From a virus (Duplodnaviria > Heunggongvirae > Uroviricota > Caudoviricetes), in the IMG/VR virus record IMGVR_UViG_3300047472_000248, positions 52,315 to 116,314 of that record: a stretch of DNA of 64,000 nt; one strand, written 5' to 3'. The notes beneath the pieces were generated by a model. It saw nothing but the letters and a program-made list of their open reading frames with translations, had not been told where the DNA came from and searched no databases. This document shows positions 27,467 through 36,750 of this stretch, piece by piece. Every line of letters begins with the position of its first letter. The first letter of the stretch is position 1. The translations under genes were made by a program, and so were the position numbers.

Positions 27467-28612
27467 ATGAAGCCAGCATACGGTCTCGCGGCAGACCTCC
27501 ATTTCCATAACTGGTCTGCGTTCTCGACGGTGAACCTCGACGGGTTGAACAGCCGTCTCGCGGGCCAGATCGAAGAGCTCCACCGCCTGTGCGCCGAGAC
27601 GCGTGCCGCCGGTGGCCAGATCGTGGTGCTCGCGGGCGACATCTTCCACGTGCGGGGCTCGGTGGCACCCTCGGTGCTCAACCCTGTGCGTGATGCCATC
27701 TTGCACGAGGTCGGCGCCAACCTGATGCAGTTCTACATCCTGGCCGGCAACCACGACCTGGAAGGCAAAGAGGCGACCCGCATCGGAAGCGCCGTCACCG
27801 CGCTTGAGATGGACGGCGTGGTCGTCATCAACGAGCCTGAATACGTCGAATATATCGGCGGCGGTGCCTACTTGGTGCCCTGGCATGAAAAGATCGACGA
27901 CCTGAAGAAGGCCATCGAGTTCGGGACGCGCAGCTGGGAGCGCGAGGACACCGACCTGATCCTGCACGCCCCGATCGACGGCGTGATCGAAGGCCTTCCG
28001 CCGCACGGGCTGACGCCGGAATACCTGGCCGGCCTGGGCTTCAAGCGCGTGTTCTCGGGCCACTACCACAACCACAAGACGTGGAAGTTTGAGCGCCCGT
28101 GTGTGATCAAGGGCACGCCCGGCTTTGGCACGACCCTGACGCAGGTGACAAGCATCGGCGCCCTGTCGCATCACAGCTGGTCGGACATCGGCAGCAAGGC
28201 GGGCTTCGTGCTCGTGCACCCCGACCGCATCGACTGGCGCAAGTCGCACCTGCCGGCCTTCATCGACCTGGGCGAGCTCGTCGAGGTGGAAGAGGACGAC
28301 CTCTTCCAGGCCGTCGACGGGAACTACGTCCGGGTGAGGGTCGAGGGCAGCAAGGTCGCCGAGATGAAGGCGGTCGTCGAAGACCTGAAGGGTCTGGGCG
28401 CCCGGGGCGTGATCGTTCAACCGACCCCCGCGGCTCCCGTGCGTGAGCGTGCAGATGGGACCGCGCTGAGCGCCAGCGTCGCAGCGGGGGCGTCGATCGA
28501 AGCATCGGTCGGCGACTTCATCAAGACGGCGAAGCTGGTCGCGGCCGAAGCGCTGGTGACGGCCGCGGCGATGAACGTGCTCGAAGCCGCCGCAGAACTG
28601 GAGACCGAATGA
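27467..28612 (+). CDS. sbcD: SbcD/Mre11-like nuclease (T4 gp47-like)
   Basis: phosphoesterase motifs DLHFHNW, LAGDIFH, GNHD. Confidence 0.8.
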   Translation: MKPAYGLAADLHFHNWSAFSTVNLDGLNSRLAGQIEELHRLCAETRAAGGQIVVLAGDIFHVRGSVAPSVLNPVRDAILHEVGANLMQFYILAGNHDLEGKEATRIGSAVTALEMDGVVVINEPEYVEYIGGGAYLVPWHEKIDDLKKAIEFGTRSWEREDTDLILHAPIDGVIEGLPPHGLTPEYLAGLGFKRVFSGHYHNHKTWKFERPCVIKGTPGFGTTLTQVTSIGALSHHSWSDIGSKAGFVLVHPDRIDWRKSHLPAFIDLGELVEVEEDDLFQAVDGNYVRVRVEGSKVAEMKAVVEDLKGLGARGVIVQPTPAAPVRERADGTALSASVAAGASIEASVGDFIKTAKLVAAEALVTAAAMNVLEAAAELETE

Positions 28613-30552
28613 AGATCTACTCGCTATCCATCGACAACTTCCTCACGATCGGGAACGCCTGTCTGCAGCTCGCGAGCAAGGGCTTGAACCTGATCGACGG
28701 CGTCAACGACGAAGACAGCTCGGCCACCAGCAACGGGGCGGGCAAGTCCAGCGTCGTCGATGCGCTCTGCTGGTGCCTGCACGGGGTGACGGCACGCGGC
28801 GCGAAGGGAGACGCGATCGTCAACAACGTGGCCAAGAAGGGCACGTGCGTTCAGATTCAAATGGGCGACGAGGTCGTGATCTATCGGGTCACCCGCTACC
28901 GCAAGCATCCGGAGCACAAGAACCAACTTCGCATCGAAATGCGAGCGGTCGGCACGAGTAACTGGGCGGACCTCAGCAAGGGCACCGAGGCGGAGACGCA
29001 GAAGGTCGTCGACCAGGCGCTCGGGTGCACCTACGAGGTCTTCGTGGCGGCCGTCTACGCAGGCCAGGAGAAGATGCCCGACCTGCCCAACATGACCGAC
29101 GCAGAGCTGAAGCGCACGATCGAAGAAGCAGCCGGCATGCGGCGCCTGGAGCGGGCGTTCGAGATCGCCAAGAGCCGGCGCACCGCCGCTGTCGGGGCGC
29201 ACAGCACCGCCGAAGACAAGCTGACCGTGCTGCAAGCCCGCAAGCTGCGGATCGAAACCGACCTCGTCGATGTCGAAGCCCGGATGACTGCCTGGGCCGA
29301 CGGCCGCAAGACAATGATCGATTCGGCAGGACTGATTGTCGAGGTCACGCACGAAAAGCTGCGCACTGCGCGCGTCGCTGTCGGTGCGTGGGACCCGACC
29401 CGCATCGAGCTCGAGGAGCAGAAGGCCAAGATCGACGTCGAGCTGGCCGAACACAGCAAGAAGGCCGCGGCCGTCAAGGCGGCGAGCGATGCTGCCGCGG
29501 CCGCCGACCGGGCGATCGATCGGGCGAAACTGTCGACTGCCACCAGCGCGGTCGCTTCGCTCCAGAAGGACCTCGACAACGCGCCGGCGGCCATGGCCAA
29601 GCCCTGCGGGGAGTGCGGCAAGGCACACACCGCCGACGAGCTGGAGACGTTCACCGCGCACCTGAAAAAGCGGCTCTCGGACGCGCAGCTGACGCTCGGC
29701 TTCATCAAGATCGCCGTCACCGAGCAGGCCAAGACCGCGGTCGCCGCCAAGAAGGCCGCCGAGAAGGCCGCCAGCGAGCTTCCGGACGTGTCGACCCTGG
29801 CCGCTACCCGCCGCGAGCTGGAGAAGCGCCTGGGGCGCACGGCAGAGCTTGCTGCGGCCGTCGAACGCACGATGAAGGACCATGAGGCCGCCAAGGTCAC
29901 GCTCGCGCACCGCAAGGCCGAGCCGAACCCCGATGCCTCGCTGCACGCGACGCTCACGAAGCAGCTGGCCGAGATCGCATCGGAGCTGGGCGGGGCACAG
30001 GCCAACGTCGACAAGCTGCTCGTCGAGCGCGAGGTTGCCGAAGACGTGGTGAAGGTCTTCGGGCCCGCCGGCGTGCGCGCGCAGATCCTCGACACCGTCA
30101 CGCCCTACCTGAACACCCGCACGGCGCACTACCTCTCGGCGCTAAGCGACGGGAACATGGTCGCCACCTGGACGACGCTCACGAAGAACGCCAAGGGTGA
30201 GCTGCGGGAGAAGTTCTCCATCGAGGTGGAGCTCAAGACCGGCGGCGACTCGTTCACGCTGCTGTCGGGCGGGGAGAAGCGCAAGGCACGCCTCGCGTGT
30301 GCCCTCGCGCTGCAGGACCTGGTGGCATCCCGGGCGGCCAAGCCGATCGAGCTCTGGATCGGTGACGAGATAGACGCAGCGCTCGACCCGGCCGGCCTCG
30401 AGCGCCTGATGGGCCTGCTGGAGCTGAAAGCGCGTGACCACGGCACCGTCATCGTCATCTCGCACAACGACATGAAGGACTGGATCGATCGAACGACGAC
30501 CGTGACGAAGGGGACCGATGGCATCTCGACGGTCGCGGGGGCGATGGTATGA
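28609..30552 (+). CDS. sbcC: SbcC/Rad50-like ATPase (T4 gp46-like)
   Basis: Walker A GAGKSS; zinc hook CGECGK in coiled coil; signature LSGGEKRKARLA; Walker B LWIGDEID. Confidence 0.8.
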   Translation: MKIYSLSIDNFLTIGNACLQLASKGLNLIDGVNDEDSSATSNGAGKSSVVDALCWCLHGVTARGAKGDAIVNNVAKKGTCVQIQMGDEVVIYRVTRYRKHPEHKNQLRIEMRAVGTSNWADLSKGTEAETQKVVDQALGCTYEVFVAAVYAGQEKMPDLPNMTDAELKRTIEEAAGMRRLERAFEIAKSRRTAAVGAHSTAEDKLTVLQARKLRIETDLVDVEARMTAWADGRKTMIDSAGLIVEVTHEKLRTARVAVGAWDPTRIELEEQKAKIDVELAEHSKKAAAVKAASDAAAAADRAIDRAKLSTATSAVASLQKDLDNAPAAMAKPCGECGKAHTADELETFTAHLKKRLSDAQLTLGFIKIAVTEQAKTAVAAKKAAEKAASELPDVSTLAATRRELEKRLGRTAELAAAVERTMKDHEAAKVTLAHRKAEPNPDASLHATLTKQLAEIASELGGAQANVDKLLVEREVAEDVVKVFGPAGVRAQILDTVTPYLNTRTAHYLSALSDGNMVATWTTLTKNAKGELREKFSIEVELKTGGDSFTLLSGGEKRKARLACALALQDLVASRAAKPIELWIGDEIDAALDPAGLERLMGLLELKARDHGTVIVISHNDMKDWIDRTTTVTKGTDGISTVAGAMV

Positions 30553-31070
30553 ACGACACCGAGATCGCCCGGGTGCTCGGGATCGGCGACATCAATCCGG
30601 CCGAATGGCAGTGGATGCAGGAGAAGGTCGCGCGACTCGTCAGTGGCCACATTGCAGAGGGCGACAAGTGCCTCGTGACGGTGAGCGGGCCGCGCAAGCT
30701 GCCCTGCACATTGCGCGCTGGCAAGGCAGCGCATGTCGGCATGCCTGTAGCAGTCCCCTTCATGGGTGGCGAACAACTGCTTGTCCAGTCGGTCTTCCAT
30801 CACATCGCTCGCGACACGGTCTTCGTCAGCCTGTCCGCTGCGTGCGCTCGTCTCGCCCGACAGAACGTCAAATCTGTGGACCTGAACTTCGTCGAGGCTT
30901 GCGCCATCTTGGAGGGCTTCGACGCCTGGGTGGCGAAGATCATCGAGCAAACGCCCGGTGCTGCCGATCGCATAACGGGGCGTGAAGAAATGCGCAGGCT
31001 GGAAGAGGCTGCAGAACAACGCGAGCGCGAGTATGAAGCCACGCGCCCGGCACTTTGGGGGACCTGGTAA
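30549..31070 (+). CDS. hypothetical protein
   Basis: 173 aa; ATGA overlap. Confidence 0.45.
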   Translation: MNDTEIARVLGIGDINPAEWQWMQEKVARLVSGHIAEGDKCLVTVSGPRKLPCTLRAGKAAHVGMPVAVPFMGGEQLLVQSVFHHIARDTVFVSLSAACARLARQNVKSVDLNFVEACAILEGFDAWVAKIIEQTPGAADRITGREEMRRLEEAAEQREREYEATRPALWGTW

Positions 31071-31759
31071 TGGACTGGCTAATGGACGACGACCACCGCA
31101 TGCTCGGGCCGGTCGTCAACTCGATCAACCGCCTCTGCAGAAGCGAGCCGATCCCGGTGCAGTTCTATGCGCCGTCGGTGATCTTGCGGGTTGAAGAAAC
31201 AACGGCAGACGAGAACATCGCCGGGACGTTCACCCACGAGGGCCCGGCCTACCCGGTGCTGGTGGGCGCACAGGACTACCCCAGGCCGATGCTCTTCTTC
31301 CGGAAGTTCACCCCTGCCACGGGCAAGGTGAGTGGCGGCAATCGCTACTACATGCCGATGCGCGAGGCATGCGACCAGGTGGTGGGCCTGAGGGGCGCGC
31401 TGGAGGCCATGCTCGGTGTGCCGATCCCATCGAGCGAACTGCCCCGCACATTCGGGCCGCCGGACCCGCCCAAGCAGCCGCCGGAGCCGCTGTGGGAGAG
31501 GTATCCGTTCACGCCATCTGTATTGGTAGGGGCGTCCTGGGTGCCATTGCCACCACCGCCTGCCGCGCCTGTTCCTCCGCCACCCGCCCCGAACCCCGTG
31601 CCTGAGAACCCCTTCGAACCGGAGCCAGGGCCAGAGACGACAGTGGAAGTGCCGGACCTTCCCATCATCAAGGACCAGCCTGCCGAACTCGACGACGACC
31701 TGCTGCACGAGATCGCCGATGCCGCCGACATCCACCCCGAGGGGTGGGGCGCCTGGTGA
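31070..31759 (+). CDS. hypothetical Pro-rich protein
   Basis: TAATG overlap; PPPAAPVPPPPAPNPVP stretch. Confidence 0.45.
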   Translation: MDWLMDDDHRMLGPVVNSINRLCRSEPIPVQFYAPSVILRVEETTADENIAGTFTHEGPAYPVLVGAQDYPRPMLFFRKFTPATGKVSGGNRYYMPMREACDQVVGLRGALEAMLGVPIPSSELPRTFGPPDPPKQPPEPLWERYPFTPSVLVGASWVPLPPPPAAPVPPPPAPNPVPENPFEPEPGPETTVEVPDLPIIKDQPAELDDDLLHEIADAADIHPEGWGAW

Positions 31760-31772
31760 AACCCAAAATCTG

Positions 31773-31817
31773 GCGCCGAGAAAAGTCCGTGCGCCCAAAT
31801 ATGTAACAAGGAAACCC
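31773..31817 (+). promoter_or_regulatory. conserved 45-nt leader element, copy 1
   Basis: GGCGCCGAGAAAAGTCCG...CCCAAATATGTAACAAGGAAACCC immediately before ATG; near-identical to 37691-37736. Confidence 0.5.
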
Positions 31818-32396
31818 ATGAACCCCACCGTCACCATCGTCGGCATCGACCCGAGCTTTCGCAACACCGGGCTGGCACGCGCCAGCTACGACCTCGTGAC
31901 CGGCGAGTGGCAGGTCACGCACCTGCTGCTGTCCGAGACCGAGAAGGGCAAGGCCAAGCTCGTCCGAAAGTCCAGCGACGACCTCTCGCGCTGCAAGATT
32001 CAGCACGACGCCGTCGTCGCCTTCTGCAAGGACGCGCACTTCGCGGTCGCCGAAGTCCCGAGCGGGGCGCAGAGCGCTGCCGCAGCCTTCAGCAACGGGG
32101 TCTGCTGCGCGGTGCTTGCCGCGGTGCCGTGCCCCCTGATCGAGGTCAACCCCACCGAGGTCAAGCTGGCGAGCGTGGGCGACAAGTGGGCCGCGAAGGA
32201 GCAGATGATCGAATGGGCCGTCGCGCGCTTCCCCAAGGCCGGCTGGCTCACCCGTAAGCTGAAGGGCAACGTCGAGCTGGTCGCCAAGAACGAGCACCTG
32301 GCCGACGCCTGTGCCGCGATCGCCGCCGGCCTCAAGACCCAGCAGTTCCTGCAGTCGACCGCGATGCTGAAGGCCGCCATGAGGATTGCTGCCTAA
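31818..32396 (+). CDS. RuvC-like Holliday junction resolvase
   Basis: N-terminal IVGIDPSFRNTGLA (cf. RuvC ILGIDPGSRVTGYG); acidic catalytic residues spaced as in RNase H-like fold. Confidence 0.55.
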   Translation: MNPTVTIVGIDPSFRNTGLARASYDLVTGEWQVTHLLLSETEKGKAKLVRKSSDDLSRCKIQHDAVVAFCKDAHFAVAEVPSGAQSAAAAFSNGVCCAVLAAVPCPLIEVNPTEVKLASVGDKWAAKEQMIEWAVARFPKAGWLTRKLKGNVELVAKNEHLADACAAIAAGLKTQQFLQSTAMLKAAMRIAA

Positions 32397-32415
32397 AAGT
32401 TCGCCTTACATGGTA

Positions 32416-32429
32416 AGTCAGGCCTGACT
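32416..32429. promoter_or_regulatory. AGTCAGGCCTGACT palindrome
   Basis: family member preceded by GTA; no clear TATAAT. Confidence 0.5.
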
Positions 32430-32479
32430 GACGTAGCATCGCTGCCCCTTTCCGATCGATAACAACAGGAGTTCCCTGA

Positions 32480-34819
32480 ATGCATTCCTCATGGGACACG
32501 CCGGCGCGTGTCTACGCCCCGGGCATCGGTGACGCCGTCGCCGACCGCACCGTCAACCGCAAGCTCGACCCCACCACCCGCCAAGAACTCCCGGCCTGGA
32601 CCGAGAAGGGCGCCGACCCGCGCCCGTTCGCCCGTGAAGTCTGGGCAGACGTCGCCAAGCGCGTCGCCCTGGGAAACACCGGCCTGCGCGACCAGGACGC
32701 CCCGTTCGAGTTCGAACCGCTGCACCACCACCTGCGCCAGGCATCGCTGCTGATGTCGGGCCGCCACCTGCAGCACGGCGACCTGCACCAGTCGACCCGC
32801 AACCAGGAAGTCTTCACGAACTGCAGCACGGCCGCCGCCAGCTTCCTCGAGTTCTACCTGCTGCTCAACGGCTCGGGCGTCGGCCGCAGCTACGACGACG
32901 CGATGATGCTCGTCGACTGGCGCAAGATGCCCAAGGTGCGCGCGTGCCTGCGCCCCGACCATCCGGACGTGGTGAGCGGCGAGATCGCCGACCCGAACGA
33001 CGAAAGCTACGGCGACTACGTGCACATGCACGTGATGCATGTCGAAGACAGCCGCGAGGGCTGGGCGAAGGCGGTCGAGAAGATCGAGTTCATGACCTGG
33101 CTCGGCGTGCACCGCGACGACGTGCTGCTGATCGACTTCTCGGATGTGCGCCCCCGCGGCGCCCCGATCGGTGGCATGCAGAACCGGCCGGCCAGTGGCC
33201 CGGGCCCGCTGATCGAAGCGATCCGCAAAACCGCCAAGCTGCGCGACGCCGGCATGGAGCCCTGGGAGGCCACCATGCACGCCGACCACTACTACGCCGA
33301 GTGCGTGCTGGTGGGCGGGGCGCGCCGGGCTGCCCGCATGGCGACGAAGAGCTGGCGCGACAAGAGCGTGCTGCGCTTCATCGACATCAAGAAGGGCGGG
33401 GTGCTCTGGAGCTCCAACAACTCCATCACGGTCGACGAGGAGTTCTGGGAGGGCGTGCGCAACGTGAAGCGCTTCGTCGATGCGGGTCACACGCGCATTG
33501 TGGCGACCGACCTCGAGTGGCATGCCTTCAAGGTCTTCCAGGCTACCACCAAAGCCTCCTACTTCCACAAGACCGGCGAGCCCGGCTTCATCAACGTCGA
33601 CAAGCTGACGCAGAAGAACGAAGGCGTCGAGATGCTGTTCGACGGCCAGTTCGCGGGCAGCAAGCGCTTCCAGCTCGAACCCGAGACGGAGATGCTGACG
33701 ATGGCGCTGGCATCGGTCTTCGCCAAGCTGCCGTTCTCGATGATCGTGAACCCGTGCGGCGAGATCCCGCTGTCACTGCTGGGCGGCTACTGCGTGATCG
33801 CGGACACCGTGCCCTACCACGCACAGCCGGTTTGGGGTCCTAGTTGGCGCAGCACCGAGCAGTGGCATGCAGCATGGGATCACGAGGCAGAGGCAGCCTT
33901 CCGCACGGGCGCCCGTGCGCTGATCCGCACCAACACGATGGACTGCCTCTACCACAAGGAAGTCCAGCGCACGAACCGCATCGGCGTGGGCTTCACGGGC
34001 ATCTTCGAATACGCCTGGGCCCGCTTCGGCTTCGGGTGGAAGGACCTGGTGGATGAGCAGCGCTCGCTTGCCTTCTGGCAGACGATGTCCCGCTTCAGCA
34101 ACGCCGCCGTCGACGAGGCACGCAGCTACTCGGCCAAGCTGGGCGTGGCGATGCCGCACACCGTCACGACTGTGAAGCCGGCCGGCACGACCAGCAAGCT
34201 CTTCGGACTGACCGAGGGGGCGCACCTGCCGAGCATGCGCAAGTATCTCCGCTGGGTGCAGTTCCGCAACGACGACCCGCTGATCGAGCAATACGCTGCC
34301 AAGGGCTACCCGATCAAGCGTCTGAAGACCTATAGCGGCACGACCGTGGTGGGCTTCCCGACGGTGCCGGAGATCTGCAAGCTGGGCATGGGTGACGCGC
34401 TCGTGACGGCAGGGGAGGCAACGCCTGAAGAGCAATACGAGTGGCTCCGGCTGCTCGAGAAGTATTGGCTTAACGGCTACGAAGACACCGTGCGCGGCGG
34501 AGACATCTGCGTGGGTGGCCACGGCTGTGCCGGCCAGGTCAGCTACACGCTGAAATACAAGCCGGAGCTGGTGAGCTTCGAGGACTTCCAGCGCACGCTG
34601 CTGGAGGGCCAGTCGTCCATCAAGTGCTGCTCGGTGATGCCGCAGACGGACACCTCCGCCTACGAGTATCAGCCCGAAGAGCCGATCAGCGACGAGGACT
34701 TCGACGCCTTGGTCGCACGGATCAACGATCCCGAGATGAAGCAGAGCATCGGTTTCGAGCACGTGGACTGCGCGTCGGGTGCCTGCCCTATCGACTTCTT
34801 GGGCAGCGAAGCCGCGTAA
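32480..34819 (+). CDS. nrdJ: ribonucleotide reductase, class II (adenosylcobalamin-dependent, NrdJ-like)
   Basis: 779 aa single chain; active-site MIVNPCGEIPL motif; C-terminal Cys pair. Confidence 0.75.
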   Translation: MHSSWDTPARVYAPGIGDAVADRTVNRKLDPTTRQELPAWTEKGADPRPFAREVWADVAKRVALGNTGLRDQDAPFEFEPLHHHLRQASLLMSGRHLQHGDLHQSTRNQEVFTNCSTAAASFLEFYLLLNGSGVGRSYDDAMMLVDWRKMPKVRACLRPDHPDVVSGEIADPNDESYGDYVHMHVMHVEDSREGWAKAVEKIEFMTWLGVHRDDVLLIDFSDVRPRGAPIGGMQNRPASGPGPLIEAIRKTAKLRDAGMEPWEATMHADHYYAECVLVGGARRAARMATKSWRDKSVLRFIDIKKGGVLWSSNNSITVDEEFWEGVRNVKRFVDAGHTRIVATDLEWHAFKVFQATTKASYFHKTGEPGFINVDKLTQKNEGVEMLFDGQFAGSKRFQLEPETEMLTMALASVFAKLPFSMIVNPCGEIPLSLLGGYCVIADTVPYHAQPVWGPSWRSTEQWHAAWDHEAEAAFRTGARALIRTNTMDCLYHKEVQRTNRIGVGFTGIFEYAWARFGFGWKDLVDEQRSLAFWQTMSRFSNAAVDEARSYSAKLGVAMPHTVTTVKPAGTTSKLFGLTEGAHLPSMRKYLRWVQFRNDDPLIEQYAAKGYPIKRLKTYSGTTVVGFPTVPEICKLGMGDALVTAGEATPEEQYEWLRLLEKYWLNGYEDTVRGGDICVGGHGCAGQVSYTLKYKPELVSFEDFQRTLLEGQSSIKCCSVMPQTDTSAYEYQPEEPISDEDFDALVARINDPEMKQSIGFEHVDCASGACPIDFLGSEAA

Positions 34820-34849
34820 TAAATCACGCAGCCAGCGGGAGGGGCTCAC

Positions 34850-34874
34850 TATAATGAGTAAGTCAGCCCTGACT
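34850..34874 (+). promoter_or_regulatory. TATAAT followed by AGTCAGCCCTGACT palindrome
   Basis: CACTATAATGAGTAAGTCAGCCCTGACTG. Confidence 0.55.
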
Positions 34875-34976
34875 GTTGATCAAATCGACTGGCCAGAGCC
34901 GGCGCTTCCACCGATCAATCTGTGGAATGCGCCCGCCCTGGTCACAAGGTCACCATCATTTTTGAAGGAGAAACCC

Positions 34977-35429
34977 ATGACCAAGACCAGCTACACCGCC
35001 GACGTGCGCCCCGCGAAGGGCTACGTCGCGCTCGACGGCGTCACCTACGAGACGCAGAAGGCCGCGATCACCGCGAGCCACGACTTCAAGGTCATGGCGG
35101 CCCTGAAGGACTTCGCGGCAGCATGCCCGAGCTTCGACGGCACCGAGCCGAAGGACGGCGCGACGTTCGACGACCGTGACAACCCGGTGCTCTACCAGGA
35201 CGGTCTGGCGACGTTCATCTTCGTGCATCGCAACGCCATCCTCGCCGCTCTGAAGCAGGAAGTCTCGCTGCGCAAGCCTTACGCCCGCAAGCCGAAGACG
35301 CCGGCGGCGCCCGGCCTGCGCGGTGCCGTGCTCACCCAGGGCGACGCCGATGCCGACCTCGCGGGCACCCCGCGGCCGAACAACGCGACCGTCAGCCTGA
35401 AGGGCACCGATCTGCCGATCGCGGCCTGA
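34977..35429 (+). CDS. hypothetical protein
   Basis: 150 aa; RBS GAAGGAGAAACCC. Confidence 0.5.
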   Translation: MTKTSYTADVRPAKGYVALDGVTYETQKAAITASHDFKVMAALKDFAAACPSFDGTEPKDGATFDDRDNPVLYQDGLATFIFVHRNAILAALKQEVSLRKPYARKPKTPAAPGLRGAVLTQGDADADLAGTPRPNNATVSLKGTDLPIAA

Positions 35430-35628
35430 CCGATCAACGGCGCAGTCGCAAGCGAAAACAAGTAGTGATCCCAGGCACTGATAAGGCCTGGGCGAGTGAA
35501 CGGAAGTAGCTGGGCGAGGCTAATCAGACACGCGCGATGCACACGGACCTCTGGTTCAAGTCCGCTCTCTCGCATGTGATCGCCGTCGGATCGTTCCCGA
35601 CCTGCGTCTCCACCCTTCCGGAGGTTCG

Positions 35629-35820
35629 ATGTTCAAGCTCGTCCTGATCGCAGCGCTGGTCTTCGCCTTCGCCTGTTGGTTCATCAACATCGCTCGCAAG
35701 CGCGAGCGGAAGGTGGTTACCACAACGCTGCGCAAGGGCCTCATCCCGCTCGTGATCGGCATCGTCACCCTGTGCGTGCTGATCGCGGTTCTTCTTCTCC
35801 CTTCCATCAAGGTGATCTGA
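35629..35820 (+). CDS. small two-TM membrane protein (possible NfeD-like partner of the SPFH protein)
   Basis: 63 aa, two hydrophobic helices; RBS GGAGG. Confidence 0.45.
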   Translation: MFKLVLIAALVFAFACWFINIARKRERKVVTTTLRKGLIPLVIGIVTLCVLIAVLLLPSIKVI

Positions 35821-35823
35821 CCC

Positions 35824-36663
35824 ATGAAAAGACTCTTCTCCCTGTTCCTGATCGCGTCGTTCGCGCTGCTTGCGGGCTGCACCCGCATCGACAGCGGCAA
35901 CATCGGCATCGACAACACCCTCGGCCAGGTCAAGAGCGAAACGCTCAGCTCCGGCTACTACAGCACGGTCTTCAAGAACGTCCTCGAGATCAGCGGCAAG
36001 CAGACGCACATCGCCTTCGACGGGCTCAAGCCCAAGTCGAAGGACAACATCACGATGGACGACTTCGACGCCGACATCTACTACTCGATCAACTCGTCCG
36101 ACGCCCCCAAGATCCTGACACGCTTCGCCGGTGACATGCAGGCACAGCACGTGCCGGACGGCCAGCACGACGACGGCTCGATGCTGATCGGCAGCAACTT
36201 CGTCAAGCGAATGGCGCGCAGCGCGATCTTCGACGTGGCACAGGGGCACAACGCGGCCGACATGAACGCAGCCCGCAACGACATCGAGAAGGCGATCGCA
36301 ACGCAGCTGCAGGCAATGCTCGACGAGCACGCCGGCAAGGGGTGGTTCAAGGACGTCAACGTCACCGTGCGCAGCATCGTCCCGGACCGCAACCTGCAGG
36401 AACAGATGCGCCTGAACGCCGACCGCACCTTCAAGCTGGCCGCCAAACAGAAGGAGATCGAGCTTGCCAATGCCGAAGCGCAGCGCCTGGCAGCCGAAGC
36501 CCAGGGCGTCGCGAAGGCCAACGAGATCATCAGCGCGTCGCTGACGCCGCAGCTGCTCCGCATGCGTGAGATCGAGACGCAGGCCAAGTTTGCCAGCGCG
36601 GGCACCCACACCGTGATCATGGGCGGCAGTGGCGCAGTCCCGCTCGTCCAGGTCAGCAAGTAA
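35824..36663 (+). CDS. SPFH/band-7 family lipoprotein
   Basis: signal peptide with lipobox LLAGC; SPFH core plus coiled-coil AEAQRLAAEAQGVAKANEII. Confidence 0.6.
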   Translation: MKRLFSLFLIASFALLAGCTRIDSGNIGIDNTLGQVKSETLSSGYYSTVFKNVLEISGKQTHIAFDGLKPKSKDNITMDDFDADIYYSINSSDAPKILTRFAGDMQAQHVPDGQHDDGSMLIGSNFVKRMARSAIFDVAQGHNAADMNAARNDIEKAIATQLQAMLDEHAGKGWFKDVNVTVRSIVPDRNLQEQMRLNADRTFKLAAKQKEIELANAEAQRLAAEAQGVAKANEIISASLTPQLLRMREIETQAKFASAGTHTVIMGGSGAVPLVQVSK

Positions 36664-36750
36664 CCAGCGTCGGGAGACGTCAGAGGCCCGGGAGGGCTTC
36701 CGCATGGGACCCCACAGCCCAAGCGAAAACCTTCCCCAAAGGAGACACAC

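Noticed and set aside
35540-35560. GGTTCAAGTCC, resembling a tRNA T-loop
   Set aside because: Flanking 5-nt arms do not pair (3 of 5 at best) and no acceptor, D or anticodon arms could be built; not a tRNA.
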